A DNA stretch of 63,825 nt, the filler included, from Octopus bimaculoides (lineage: Eukaryota), in the NCBI RefSeq assembly GCF_001194135.2. It is 4 parts of 3 records of this genome, joined end to end, with 100 filler letters (N's around TTAATTAATTAA, not from the genome) between each part and the next. Parts side by side here need not be neighbours in the genome. Positions count along the whole stretch, not along the records: positions 1 to 22,298 come from NC_068997.1; 3 more parts are not named here. One strand, 5' to 3'. The position numbers and the translations under genes were made by a program. Of the stretch, positions 1-12,547 are shown one piece after another (within the stretch, counting starts at the first letter, position 1; each line of letters begins with the position of its first letter). A model generated the notes under the pieces. It searched no databases. It was not told the origin of the DNA and saw only the letters and a program-made list of their open reading frames with translations.

Positions 1-112
1 TTTTTTTTTTTTTTTTTTTTGGTTTTTCTGAGCTCAAAAGACATTTGTTAACCTGTTTATTTTTTTAATATTTATTGTTTTCTATTTTTTTTTTTTGTCT
101 TTTGTTTTGAAG

Positions 113-207
113 GAGGTGACACTTTTCCTGACAGGTGGAGATGACAAAGGCTCAGGTTTATTCATGTTGGTTGGCAAAGAAGATCTGGTGGCAGATGTAG
201 GACCAAG
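113..207 (+). CDS. AARSD1: Internal exon, likely penultimate, of alanyl-tRNA editing protein AARSD1 (AlaX family)
   Basis: Long T-rich tract and AG at 111-112, then EVTLFLTGGDDKGSGLFMLVGKEDLVADVGP(R), then AG|GT at 208. Resembles the metazoan AARSD1 C-terminal segment as I recall it (human ETLLFLTVGDEKGGGLFLLAG...LGPR). Not in the ORF track. Confidence 0.78.
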
Positions 208-460
208 GTTGGAATAGTTTAATTTATTATTATCAAAGTCCATTATTTAATGTTAGAAATCATTATTGTTGTGGCACTCGATCAATTTAGATCACTCTAA
301 AGCATTCAAGAGGATCGACCATTGCTATTGGTTGGCAGCTGACCCAAATGCAGCCGGTTTCGGTCCTCTCTTCAGAATTTGGATCTGTGATCAAACTAAA
401 ATGGCTGCCTAGTAAAACCATTTTGTTTGTTAAGGGAACTTTGTCTCATCTCTTCTGTTT

Positions 461-1331
461 GAGGTCTGATCAATAAATATCCAGACTGTTGCCATTGTAA
501 TGAAGCTAAAGCACGCAGAGTGAAACCATTTGGCAGGTTGACCTTCAACTCTGCTGTGCATGTGCACTATTTTAACATTCTAGCTCACTTCCGCTATTTC
601 CAGCAGTGCTTGGAAGAAAGGTGTGTAGCGTGTGACCATTGCATTGACCATGACAGAAAAAGTTGTCATGGTGATACCTGCTCAGAGTCCTGCGCAAAAT
701 TGCAGAAAGTGTATGGAGAGGAGTGTATGAATCGCATACAAGTGTACGAGTGGTTCAGACATTTCCAAGATGGCTGAAAAAATGTCGATAGTGAATGTTC
801 TAGGAGACCAGCAGAACTGAGAAAAACATTGCAGATATGCGTGCAGCTGTGAAGGGAAATCGCTGAATCACCATCCGTGAGTTATCAGAGGTTGTACAGA
901 TTAGTTACGGCTCAGTCCATTATCACTGAAGATGTGGGTATGAGACACGTGTCTGCCAAGTTTGTGCCAAAATTGCTTTCAGCTGACAATAAAGATACTC
1001 AGGTTTCAGCTGTACAAGATCTCCTTGATTGTGTCGAGAATGATGAAATCTTTTGGAAAACTTTGCGTAGGCCTCTGAGCAGGTATCACCAAGCGTTTGG
1101 CAAACTTTGATGCAGATTCTCTGATCAACTTTTTTTGTCATGGTCAATATGACAATCACACACTACACACCTTCCTTCCAAGCACTGCTGTAAACAGTGG
1201 AAAAGAGCTAGAATGTTAAAACTTAGTGCACATGCACAGCAGAGTTCAAGGTCAATCTGTGCCAAGTGGCTTCACTCTGTGAGTTTTAGCTTTGTTACTA
1301 TGGCAACAGTCCGGATACTTATTGAACCAGA
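461..1331 (+). mobile_element. Defective Tc1/mariner element with long inverted repeats
   Basis: About 461-712 is the reverse complement of about 1063-1331. The interior encodes broken N-terminal transposase: GDTCSESCAKLQKVYGEECMNRIQVYEWFRHFQDG and IITEDVGMRHVSAKFVPKLLSAD (mariner HTH region, SAKFVPKLL linker motif). Confidence 0.85.
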
Positions 1332-1339
1332 GAAACGAG

Positions 1340-1680
1340 TAGTCAAAGGGGTAAGGATGGATAGGCATGTCAGGAGTAGAGTTAGCAAATTTCAGGAAGG
1401 ATGGAGTTTTTGAAGGATGCAATGTCCTGACAGCTAACAACAACTCACAAGGGTAACTTATTTCATCTTGTGATAATTCTGGACATGAAAAAATGTTTCT
1501 GAAAGCCATGGGATGCTGCACTATAATTTTATAAATGTGTTCTCGGGTGGTAGAGATCTTGAATTCAAAAGGGTCGCCAAAATTGTTCTTGGAAATATGG
1601 TGGATAATTTTGTGGACTTTTCTACAAAAGACAAGCAGATAGACATCAAGGGTTATGTGTGTTGATGCCCAGAGAAGCAA
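1340..1680 (-). mobile_element. Degenerate CR1/L2-type LINE 3' end
   Basis: Minus strand reads TTREHIYKIIVQH, then after a frameshift HFFMSRIITR*NKLP. This resembles the TRGHxxKL...RxxFFSxRIxxxWNxLP end of CR1-clade ORF2. Confidence 0.55.
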
Positions 1681-1698
1681 GATGTTTAAAAATATTCT

Positions 1699-1921
1699 TT
1701 TCTACTCTAGGCACAAGGCCCAAAATTTTTGGAGTGGTGGTGGTGGTGGGGCACTCGATTAGGCCGACCCCAGTACACAACTGGTACTTAATTTATTGAC
1801 CCCGAAAAGATGAAAGGCAAAGTTGACTTTGGTGGAATTTGAACTCAGAACGTAAAGATAGATGGAATACTGTTAAGCATTTTGCCTGGCGTGCTAACAT
1901 TTCCGCCAGCTCAACGCCTTA
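1699..1921 (-). mobile_element. SINE family B (about 220 bp)
   Basis: Recurring TCTACTCTAGGCAC...GAAAGGCAAAGT...GGAATTTGAACTCAGAACGT. Further copies at about 4928-5141(-), 5870-6050(+), 31900-32060(-), 36750-36890(+), 42690-42905(+), 42940-43150(-). Confidence 0.75.
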
Positions 1922-3400
1922 AGATGTTAAAAATATGGCAAATGACTGATGTAGGGCATTCATTTAGTTGAATGTCAACAATATTGCCTAAAACCCTCGG
2001 TGGTTTCTAGTATGGCTGCAATCCAATGATTGAAACTGGTAAAGGAATAAGAAAGTTACATAAAACCAGTTCCACTGTGTGATACGCTGTGTAAATGTCT
2101 TCTGCTAAAACTCCAGGCTGACCAATACCTTAACGGAAATTATGGGGAAGCCCATCATATATGTGAAGTGGTTGGCAATTTTGAAGGGCATCCAGCAGTG
2201 AAAACCATGCTAAAACTGATCATGCCTGTGCTGGTGCCACATAAAAAGCTCTCAATCCACTCTGCTGGGTTTGGCGGTTTTAGGAAACCTATTCACAGAA
2301 GTCTGATGGTGTCTTTTGCCTGGCCAGCTCCTGTCACACCGTCCAACCCATGCCAGCATGGGAAGCAGACGTTAAATGATGATAATGTTAATAACGATGA
2401 CGATGATGATAATGATGATGATAATGATGATGTGTTGACAACTGGTGTTGGTTTGCTTACATCCTCATAAAATTTGCAGTTTGGCAAAAGAGATTAACAG
2501 AATAAGTACTAAACTTAAAAAAGAAAAAAAAACCCAAAAAACTGGTATTGATTTGCTCGACTAAAACCCTTCAAGGTGGTGCCCCAGCATGGCCGCTGTC
2601 CAATGACTGAGATGAGCNNNNNNNNNNNNNNNNNNNNNNNNNNNNNNNNNNNNNNNNNNNNNNNNNNNNNNNNNNNNNNNNNNNNNNNNNNNNNNNNNNN
2701 NNNNNNNNNNNNNNNNNNNNNNNNNNNNNNNNNNNNNNNNNNNNNNNNNNNNNNNNNNNNNNNNNNNNNNNNNNNNNNNNNNNNNNNNNNNNNNNNNNNN
2801 NNNNNNNNNNNNNNNNNNNNNNNNNNNNNNNNNNNNNNNNNNNNNNNNNNNNNNNNNNNNNNNNNNNNNNNNNNNNNNNNNNNNNNNNNNNNNNNNNNNN
2901 NNNNNNNNNNNNNNNNNNNNNNNNNNNNNNNNNNNNNNNNNNNAATAAAACACAAAGAAACAAATCTGATTCTGTATTGAACACGTCTCAAAGAAGTTTG
3001 ATAAGTTTATGGAAAATTCATCAGTAGAACATGATTAAAAGAGTCATCAATTTTTTTTGTTTTTGTTTTGTTTTTGATGACGCAAGCATGCTACTAATAA
3101 ATGAATACATAAATAAAATTAATGAATGAATGAAATGTATAATTAATTAATAAAATTAATTAATAAAATGGGAAGGAGATAATTAAATAAACCTTGGAAA
3201 TAAAATGGGAAGGAGATAATTAAATAAGATGTATTGATTTCTCACGTTTTCTTGAGGCAGCATATTTGTACGAGAAGAGTAGAGTCAATTGAAAATGACT
3301 ACCCTCAGTATATAGCTGGTATTTATTTGGTTAACTGCAGAGAAATGTGAATGAAAGAGACTTTATGTAGTTCCTTGATGGTGATAGATCGTTAGAGAGG

Positions 3401-3775
3401 TGCAGGTGTGGCTGTGTGGTAAGAAGCTTGCTTACCAACCACATGGTCCCAGGTTCAGTCCTGCTGTGTAGCACTTTGGGCAAGTGTCTTCTACTATAGC
3501 CGCAGGCTGACCCAGGCCTTGTGAGTGGACTTGGTGGACAGAAACTGAAAGAAGCCTGTCAGTTTTTGTTCCCCCACCCCCACCCCCGCACCATCACTTG
3601 ACAACTGATGCTGGTGTGTTTACGTCCCCGTGACTTAGCAGTTTGGCAAAAAGATACTGATAGAATAAGTACTAAGCTTACAAACAATAAGTCCTGGGGT
3701 CGATTTGTTTGACTAAAGGCGGTGCTCCAGCATGACCACAGTCAAATGACTGAAACAAGTAAAAGAATAAAAGAA
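3401..3775 (+). mobile_element. tRNA-derived SINE family A (about 390 bp, dominant repeat)
   Basis: Head with A-box TGGCTGTGTGG and B-box GGTTCAGTCC, body ending CAAATGACTGAAACAAGTAAAAG. Many copies in the window. Confidence 0.85.
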
Positions 3776-4540
3776 AAGGCAGAAAAATGGTTTGTGGTAT
3801 TTCTCGCAATGCTCAAGGTTTTGAGTTCAAATCCTGTTGAAGTCAACTTTGCTTTTCATCCTTCTCTGGTCAGTAAGATGAGGTCTTAGTTTAGTATTTA
3901 AGTTGATGTAACCAACTAGCCCCTCCCTTCAAAAGTTTTGGCGTTCTGCTATATCAGATACAGTTATAAGAAATAACAGCTAAATATCCTTTAAACTGCA
4001 CATTACCATCTTATAATGGGAAGAATACATCGAACACTGTAGCCATTGAGCCAGTATGCCTTAAAAGACTGGATGGTCATAGCTGGATTGTCATTCGCCA
4101 TGGGTCTGTTCACTTTGTGTTGATGTTAAACAACAACATCACTGCACCATACAAGCTTTAGGTAGAGGCATGGCTGTGTGGTTATGAACCTCATATTTGC
4201 TACTGCATGGTTTTAGGTTCAGTCCCACTGTGTGACATCTTTGGAGGTCAAGTATCTTCTACCCTAGCCCCAGGCTGACTGATGCCTTGTGAGCGAATTT
4301 GGTAAATGGAAACTGTGTGGAAGCCTGTTGTATATGTATGTGTGTGTGTTTGTCCCTACTTGTGCATTGCTTGTCATTGTTGATTTGTTTACATCCCCAA
4401 AGCTCTAGCAATTCAGTAAAAGAGACCAAAAAAAGAATAATGCCAAATTTAACCCTTTAGTATTTAAACTGGCCATATCCAGCAAAAATATGCTTTATGT
4501 TCAAACTGGTCAGTTCTGGCCCCATCACACCTACCTACAA

Positions 4541-4920
4541 TCATCATCATCATTGTTTAATGTCTGCTTTCGGTGCTGGCATGGGTTGAAATGGTTTGAC
4601 TGAGGACTGGCAAGGCGGGAGGCTGCACCAGGCTCCAATCTGATCTGGCAAGGTTTCTACAGCTGGATACCCTTCCTAATGCCAACCACTCTGAGAGTAT
4701 AGTGGGTGCTTTTTACATGCCACTGGCATGGGAGCCAGTCAGGCAGCACTGGCATCAACCATGCTTGAATGGTGTTTTTTATATGCCATCAGCACTGGTG
4801 CCAGTCAGGTGGCACTGGCATTAACCATGCTCAAATGGTGCTTTTTATGTGCCAGTCAGGCGGCACTTGCATTGGCCATGACTACAATTTCACTTGGTTC
4901 AACAGGTCTTCACAAGCATG
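4541..4920 (-). mobile_element. RTE-type LINE/SINE 3' tail repeat
   Basis: (CAT)n tail plus CCATGCTAGCATGGGTTGGACG...CTACAGCTGGATGCCCTTCCTAA. Further copies at about 2140-2420, 6790-7015, 9905-10200, 10920-11125, 33440-33760. Confidence 0.7.
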
Positions 4921-6104
4921 GCATATTCTTTTCTACTCTAGGCATAAGCCCGAAATTTTGGGGGAGCAGGCCAGTTGATTAGATCGACCCCAGTACGCAA
5001 CTGGTACTTAATTTATTGACCCCTGAAAAGATGAAAGGCACAGTTGAGCTCGGTGGAATTTGAACTCAGAACGTAAAGACAGACAAAATGCTGCTAAGCT
5101 TTTCACCCGGCATGCTAACATTGCTACCAGCTCGCTGCCTTACAAGCATTGCTTGACGGCTGAAGGGTGCTTTTAAATGGGCCAGTTATGCGACACTGGC
5201 ATCGGCCACAGCTACAATCTCACTTGGCTTGGCTGGGTCTTCTCAAGCAACATGTTATACTAAAAGTAAACAATGACATCATTGAAAGCTGAAAGCTATA
5301 AAAGGTTACGCATGATTAATTCCAAACAATCAGAATAAACGAGCATTTGACAGAGGAATGCTGAGTGCTGAAGGGTTAAATGTTAAGTGCTTGGGTTGAT
5401 GTTTTCAATTGAACTCGTCATAGTGGTGCCCCAGCATGGCCGCAGTTTGATGACTGAAACAAGCAAAAGATAAAAGATTATTAGCAATAATTTAATCAAC
5501 ACACATCCTAGACTGCATCCACAAAAAGTCCACCTAACTGATTGGTGTAATATCTCTCACAATTATGAAGCCAGCCTTTGGCTCAAAGGTGCACTGTGTC
5601 CTCTCTTTGTCTTTTCTACTGATACTGTAATGGCCTCTGCTCCTTGGATCTAGCCAAGTTCATGGTCCTTCCCAATGAGAATATTTTTCTGAATCACTCG
5701 TCTTCTCTCTCCTCCAGTTACCATCATCATTATTGTGTCCAGCTTCTACTCCTCTCTCCCCTGGCAATAATCACTATTTCAGTCCTTTCTTCATAGAGTG
5801 GTAATTCACCACACCCTACCCCTGTCCACTCTGAATTCCTTCCTTGCCCATGTCTTTCTCACTGGTGTTTAGTGGTGTTTTGTCTGTTTTTACGTTCTGA
5901 GTTCAAATTCTGCTGAGGTTAGCCTTGCTTTTCATCCTGTCGGAGTTGATGAAATAAGTACCAATTGAACACTTGGTTCAATACAATCAATTTTATCTCT
6001 CCACCAAAATTTTACAGGCCTTGTGCCAAAATTTGAAACCAACATTCTATAGGCACAGGAGTGGCTGTGTAGTAAGAAGCTTGCTTCCCAACCAAGTAGG
6101 GAGG

Positions 6105-6420
6105 CAGGCAAATCACAAATCCCTTCAGGTAGACGGCCCTGCTCAATCTGTAGAAAAGGCGTAGGTAGAAACTCCATAAGATGCACTCAGTGTAAGCTTT
6201 GGATACATAAAAGGTGCAACAATATCAGAGGAAGGTTAACAGGGAAAATAGCTTGTGTATGTGGAATCTACACATGTACAATAAATGCTGAAAATAGGTA
6301 GAAAATAGACTCCATGAACTACCAGGCTGCCTACCTAGGTTGCTATGGCATTGAGGTAGATCCAGCCACCCCCGTTAACGTGGACAAAACCCTGATTTAA
6401 AGCACTGGATGATGATGATG
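6105..6420 (+). mobile_element. RTE-clade LINE fragment with Cys/His-rich insert and 3' tail
   Basis: From 6122 reads PSGRRPCSICRKGVGRNSIRCTQCKLWIHKRCNNIRGRLTGKIACVCG, followed by a 3' end ending in (GAT)n. Confidence 0.65.
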
Positions 6421-7473
6421 AGCAATAATGACATTTTCTTGTGTAAAACAAATGTTATGGAAGCTTATCAAGACAACAAATTACATGTTGGCAATATTAC
6501 AGACAATATACTGCAGTAGTTAACCTACTCCACTTGTATATGGTACAACAATAACACATACTAGTAATATTCATCTAGTTTTTTTGTCTCATCAATAAGA
6601 GATTCAAAGAGTTTGATTACCTACAGTAAATTATAGAATTCAAAGATTATTGTTTTGTTTTGATAACTGGTTAGCAAATGAAAGGTTTAACCCTTTAATA
6701 TTTACACTGGCTATATCTGGCCCAAATTTTTTGACCAAGATCTCTGGCAATATACTATGTTTGAGAAGACCTATTAAGCCAAGTGAAATTGTAGTTGTGG
6801 CCAATGCCGGTGTTTCGTAACTGGAACTTGAGCCAGTGGCATGTAAAAAGCATCCACTACCCTTTTAGAGTGGTTGGCATTAGGAACAGCACTCAGCTGT
6901 AGAAACCATACAAAATCAAATTGGAACCTGGCACAGCTCCCCAGATTTCAGTCAAACCGTCCAACCCATGCTAGCATGGAAAACAGACGTTAAATGTTAA
7001 ATGATGATGATGATGTTCAAACATTCAAACCAGCCAAATCTTACCTCTTACACCTACCCTACAATGTCATTCTAAAAATACACAATCAGATCATCAAAAC
7101 CTTGATGCTATGAGATAATAGGTGATTACTTAAAAACAATGTGAATAAACGAGCATTGCTTTTGATAAAGAAATCTGAATGTTAAAAGGGTTAACGTGCT
7201 TTTATTGTGTGTAGTTAAACAACAAAATCAATATTTTATGCTCTGCTATTCACAATGAACCATATATTTTGCATTGAGGTTTTGTATTTTCTCTGTTGGC
7301 TTTTTTTATGTTGTATTTTCATAAGCCTGTACACCTTAGCTAGCCCTACTAGAAATAGCTGCCGAATTTCCCTCAAATCATACTCCACAGTCTTAAAAAC
7401 AAAGAATGAACACATTGGACAATGTACATTATTTACATTTGACAAATATTTGTCCTCATCTTGTTTGTTATTA

Positions 7474-7517
7474 ACACAACATTTCGGTTGATATACCCTC
7501 CAACCTTCATCAGGTGT
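7474..7517 (-). ncRNA. Minimal type I hammerhead ribozyme motif (partly decayed)
   Basis: Minus strand: ACAC CTGATGA A GGTTG gagggtatat CAACC GAAA TG TT GTGT. Confidence 0.6.
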
Positions 7518-7606
7518 CTTGGGGAAATTTCAAACCTGGGTTCTCATTCCTAAAAACATCAAAAAATACCTTAGGAATGAGAGCCCAGGTTCTAAATTCC
7601 CCCAAG

Positions 7607-7647
7607 ACACCTGATGAAGGCTGGAGGGTATATCAGCCAAAATGTGT
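7607..7647 (+). ncRNA. Decayed hammerhead motif (GAAA changed to AAAA)
   Basis: ACAC CTGATGA A GGCTG gagggtatat CAGCC AAAA TGTGT. Confidence 0.5.
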
Positions 7648-7750
7648 TAACAGCAAACAAGATGAAGACAAACATCCGTCAAATGTAAATAATTCCTCAT
7701 CTCTTAAATATAGAACTACATTGGACAATGTAGACCATGATGTACAAAAT

Positions 7751-8050
7751 GATGGGATGGTCATGTCTGGATGGTCATAGAGTTTTCTCTCTCAGGAATG
7801 GTCATAGTTGGAACATCTTTGATCATAGGTTTTGTTCTCTCAGGGATGGTCACAATTGGAGCAGTTTTGATCATAGGTTTTGCTGTATCAGGATGATCAC
7901 AGCTGGGAAATATTTGTTCATAAGCTTTCCTTTATCAGGGATGGTCAGGCTGGAATGTGTTTGATGCATAGATCTGTTTGATTAGAGATGGTCACAGCTG
8001 GAAAATATTTGATCATTGTTCTACTTGATCAAAGGTTGACCAGAAGCTAA
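7751..8050 (+). repeat. Diverged tandem repeat, unit about 47-48 bp
   Basis: TCAGG(G)ATGGTCA...TTTGATCATAGG recurs at about 7793, 7840, 7888, 7935 and 7982. Confidence 0.75.
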
Positions 8051-8464
8051 ACCACAACAACAACAACAACAACAACTACAAACAAATATAGGAAATCTTA
8101 CCAAGAAAGTTCATTCAAACTAGCCTCACACACACATGAATACATACATGCATGAATATATATATATACACGCTTTTACATACACACACACACACACATG
8201 GTATATATGACTATTGTTTAATTCTTTGTTTTCTCCTATCAATGACAAATCTCAGAATAGTTTTGAAGGTCACATCGAATTTCCTGCAACATTTAAACAT
8301 TAAAGCTCTTTTCTTTTGAAATAATTAGATCACAATGATTCCTCCATCTTCTTTCATACTTTGGCATTTTCAATAAAATGGATCTTCATTTCAAGCTTGT
8401 TGCTGCCACCACCACCATTTATGTCTTATTTTCTCTTTTCTCCAGCATTTTGTTGATCATTATA

Positions 8465-8525
<61 letters not shown>

Positions 8526-9201
8526 NNNNNNNNNNNNNNNNNNNNNNNNNNNNNNNNNNNNNNNNNNNNNNNNNNNNNNNNNNNNNNNNNNNNNNNNNNN
8601 NNNNNNNNNNNNNNNNNNNNNNNNNNNNNNNNNNNNNNNNNNNNNNNNNNNNNNNNNNNNNNNNNNNNNNNNNNNNNNNNNNNNNNNNNNNNNNNNNNNN
8701 NNNNNNNNNNNNNNNNNNNNNNNNNNNNNNNNNNNNNNNNNNNNNNNNNNNNNNNNNNNNNNNNNNNNNNNNNNNNNNNNNNNNNNNNNNNNNNNNNNNN
8801 NNNNNNNNNNNNNNNNNNNNNNNNNNNNNNNNNNNNNNNNNNNNNNNNNNNNNNNNNNNNNNNNNNNNNNNNNNNNNNNNNNNNNNNNNNNNNNNNNNNN
8901 NNNNNNNNNNNNNNNNNNNNNNNNNNNNNNNNNNNNNNNNNNNNNNNNNNNNNNNNNNNNNNNNNNNNNNNNNNNNNNNNNNNNNNNNNNNNNNNNNNNN
9001 NNNNNNNNNNNNNNNNNNNNNNNNNNNNNNNNNNNNNNNNNNNNNNNNNNNNNNNNNNNNNNNNNNNNNNNNNNNNNNNNNNNNNNNNNNNNNNNNNNNN
9101 NNNNNNNNNNNNNNNNNNNNNNNNNNNNNNNNNNNNNNNNNNNNNNNNNNNNNNNNNNNNNNNNNNNNNNNNNNNNNNNNNNNNNNNNNNNNNNNNNNNN
9201 N

Positions 9202-9283
<82 letters not shown>

Positions 9284-9655
9284 CATTGCTTTTACGTTTT
9301 CCATTTTGTTTGTCATTTTGTTTTGTAAATATTTTGATAATAATCATTGAATTGTACTCACCTTGAAACATAACTCCACACAAATGTTTATCTTTGTATG
9401 TGTATGTGTTTCTCTCTGTGTGTGCCTGTGTACATATATATATATATCTTTTGTTTTTGAATGGTTGTTTGGATGTGTGTGTGTGTGTGTGTTTGCCCAT
9501 TTGTGCATTTTCAAATGTTATGTATACGTGTGTATATTGGTTGCCTGTGCTTATCCTTGTGTGTTGGGAAGCAAGGAATTTATTCCTAAAACAAAAGAAG
9601 GAGGTATAATTATCAAAAATGTCAATCTAATTATTGACAAAGACTGACTGTGAAC

Positions 9656-9712
<57 letters not shown>

Positions 9713-12547
9713 GGAGAGTGAAACAAAAGATGATAGAGATATATATAGAAAGAGTGTGTGTGTGAATGTGCACACATGCACCATGTGTGTCTTAAGTGTT
9801 TACTAGTATGTTGTAGGCCAAGTTTATATCTGCTGCAGGCATTTTATATCTTTGGAACCATCCCCCGCCAACATAAAAATAATACACACACACACAGACA
9901 TATATATCGCCATCGTTTAACATCAGCTTTCCATGCTAGCATGGGTTGGACGGTTCAACTGGGGTCTGGGAAGCCAGGAGGCTGCACCAGGCTCCACTCT
10001 GATCTGGCAGTGTTTCTACAGCTGGATGCCCTTCCTAGTGCCAACCACTCCGAGAGTGTAGTGGATGCTTTTTACGTGCCACTGGCATGGGGATCACAAC
10101 TACAATTTCCATTTGATTTTCATTTTGATGTTGATGTACTTGACTCAAGCACAGCATGTCGCCCTATGATCCAAGGTACTTTTGAATGGGCTGGGGCTGG
10201 TTATACAAAACTGGTGAAGCTTCAGGCTGACCAAAGCCTTTTGAGTGGATTTGGTAGACAGAAACTGAAAGAAACCCATCGTATATATATACATANNNNN
10301 NNNNNNNNNNNNNNNNNNNNNNNNNNNNNNNNNNNNNNNNNNNNNNNNNNNNNNNNNNNNNNNNNNNNNNNNNNNNNNNNNNNNNNNNNNNNNNNNNNNN
10401 NNNNNNNNNNNNNNNNNNNNNNNNNNNNNNNNNNNNNNNNNNNNNNNNNNNNNNNNNNNNNNNNNNNNNNNNNNNNNNNNNNNNNNNNNNNNNNNNNNNN
10501 NNNNNNNNNNNNNNNNNNNNNNNNNNNNNNNNNNNNNNNNNNNNNNNNNNNNNNNNNNNNNNNNNNNNNNNNNNNNNNNNNNNNNNNNNNNNNNNNNNNN
10601 NNNNNNNNNNNNNNNNNNNNNNNNNNNNNNNNNNNNNNNNNNNNNNNNNNNNNNNNNNNNNNNNNNNNNNNNNNNNNNNNNNNNNNNNNNNNNNNNNNNN
10701 NNNNNNNNNNNNNNNNNNNNNNNNNNNNNNNNNNNNNNNNNNNNNNNNNNNNNNNNNNNNNNNNNNNNNNNNNNNNNNNNNNNNNNNNNNNNNNNNNNNN
10801 NNNNNNNNNNNNNNNNNNNNNNNNNNNNNNNNNNNNNNNNNNNNNNNNNNNNNNNNNNNNNNNNNNNNNNNNNNNNNNNNNNNNNNNNNATATATATGTA
10901 TATATATATATATATATGTCAGTCCCAGCCCAGCTGATGCCAGTGCCGCCTGACTGGCACCCAAGCCAGTGGCATGTAAAAAGCACTCACTACACTCTCA
11001 GAGTGGATGGTGTTAGGAAGGGCATCCAGCTGTAGAAACCTTGTGAAATCAGATTGGAGACTTGTGCAGCCTCCTGGCCTGCCAGTTCTAAGTCAAACCA
11101 TCCAACCCATGCCAGAATGGAAAGTGCTCACCCCCAAACTGCCTCTCCTAAAATTTCAGGCCAGAAACAATTCTTATAGATTGACTTGACAGAACCAGTA
11201 GAGCACCCAACAAAGTACCTTGTGGTGTTTAGTTGTGTCTTGTATATAAAGAAGATGCTTTGTAGTTTGTCCTCTACTGCCACCACCACTACAACAGTAA
11301 CTACCGCCAACCACCATAACTACTACTAGTACTACCACCACCACCACCACCACCTGCTACTACCACCACCATTACAACCATCATGACCATTACTACTACC
11401 AACACTACAACCACTACTATTACCACCACCACCACCACCATCTCATCTTCTTTACCCCCACCACCATGTCTACCACCTCAACCACCACCACTACCAATGT
11501 TGTTCTTGTTACTGTTGTCCTAATATTGTTTCTTTTGCTTTTCACTTTGAAAAAATTTTTAAAAAATACTTTTCCTCTTAATATGAAACAGAGGGGGAGG
11601 AGGAGGAGAGAGAGAAAGAGAGAAGCAGAAACATTTGAGAGAAAGTAGGAAAGAGGGAGGGGGGAGGAAAGAAATTATAAACACTCTGTTGGGGGTTGGT
11701 TTCGACTTTGTTCTGTTTCTCCCCCCTCCTCACCCCCACCCCACCCACTGCCATCATCTCATTTACACAGTGACACACTATTAAGTAATGAAAATGACAA
11801 CAAACAACTTTGGTACATAATGCCTCTAAGCCACTCCCCCNNNNNNNNNNNNNNNNNNNNNNNNNNNNNNNNNNNNNNNNNNNNNNNNNNNNNNNNNNNN
11901 NNNNNNNNNNNNNNNNNNNNNNNNNNNNNNNNNNNNNNNNNNNNNNNNNNNNNNNNNNNNNNNNNNNNNNNNNNNNNNNNNNNNNNNNNNNNNNNNNNNN
12001 NNNNNNNNNNNNNNNNNNNNNNNNNNNNNNNNNNNNNNNNNNNNNNNNNNNNNNNNNNNNNNNNNNNNNNNNNNNNNNNNNNNNNNNNNNNNNNNNNNNN
12101 NNNNNNNNNNNNNNNNNNNNNNNNNNNNNNNNNNNNNNNNNNNNNNNNNNNNNNNNNNNNNNNNNNNNNNNNNNNNNNNNNNNNNNNNNNNNNNNNNNNN
12201 NNNNNNNNNNNNNNNNNNNNNNNNNNNNNNNNNNNNNNNNNNNNNNNNNNNNNNNNNNNNNNNNNNNNNNNNNNNNNNNNNNNNNNNNNNNNNNNNNNNN
12301 NNNNNNNNNNNNNNNNNNNNNNNNNNNNNNNNNNNNNNNNNNNNNNNNNNNNNNNNNNNNNNNNNNNNNNNNNNNNNNNNNNNNNNNNNNNNNNNNNNNN
12401 NNNNNNNNNNNNNNNNNNNNNNNNNNNNNNNNNNNNNNNNNNNNNNNNNNNNNNNNNNNNNNNNNNNNNNNNNNNNNNNNNNNNNNNNNNNNNNNNNNNN
12501 NNNNNNNNNNNNNNNNNNNNNNNNNNNNNNNNNNNNNNNNNNNNNNN

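Larger units (their letters stand above)
7431..7690. mobile_element. Inverted pair of Penelope-like terminal repeats (fold-back)
   Basis: 7431-7553 is the reverse complement of 7571-7690 with a 17-nt spacer. Each arm carries a hammerhead-like motif. Confidence 0.7.

Noticed and set aside
3163-3227. Short duplication AATAAAATGGGAAGGAGATAATTAAATAA
   Set aside because: Ordinary local slippage duplication.
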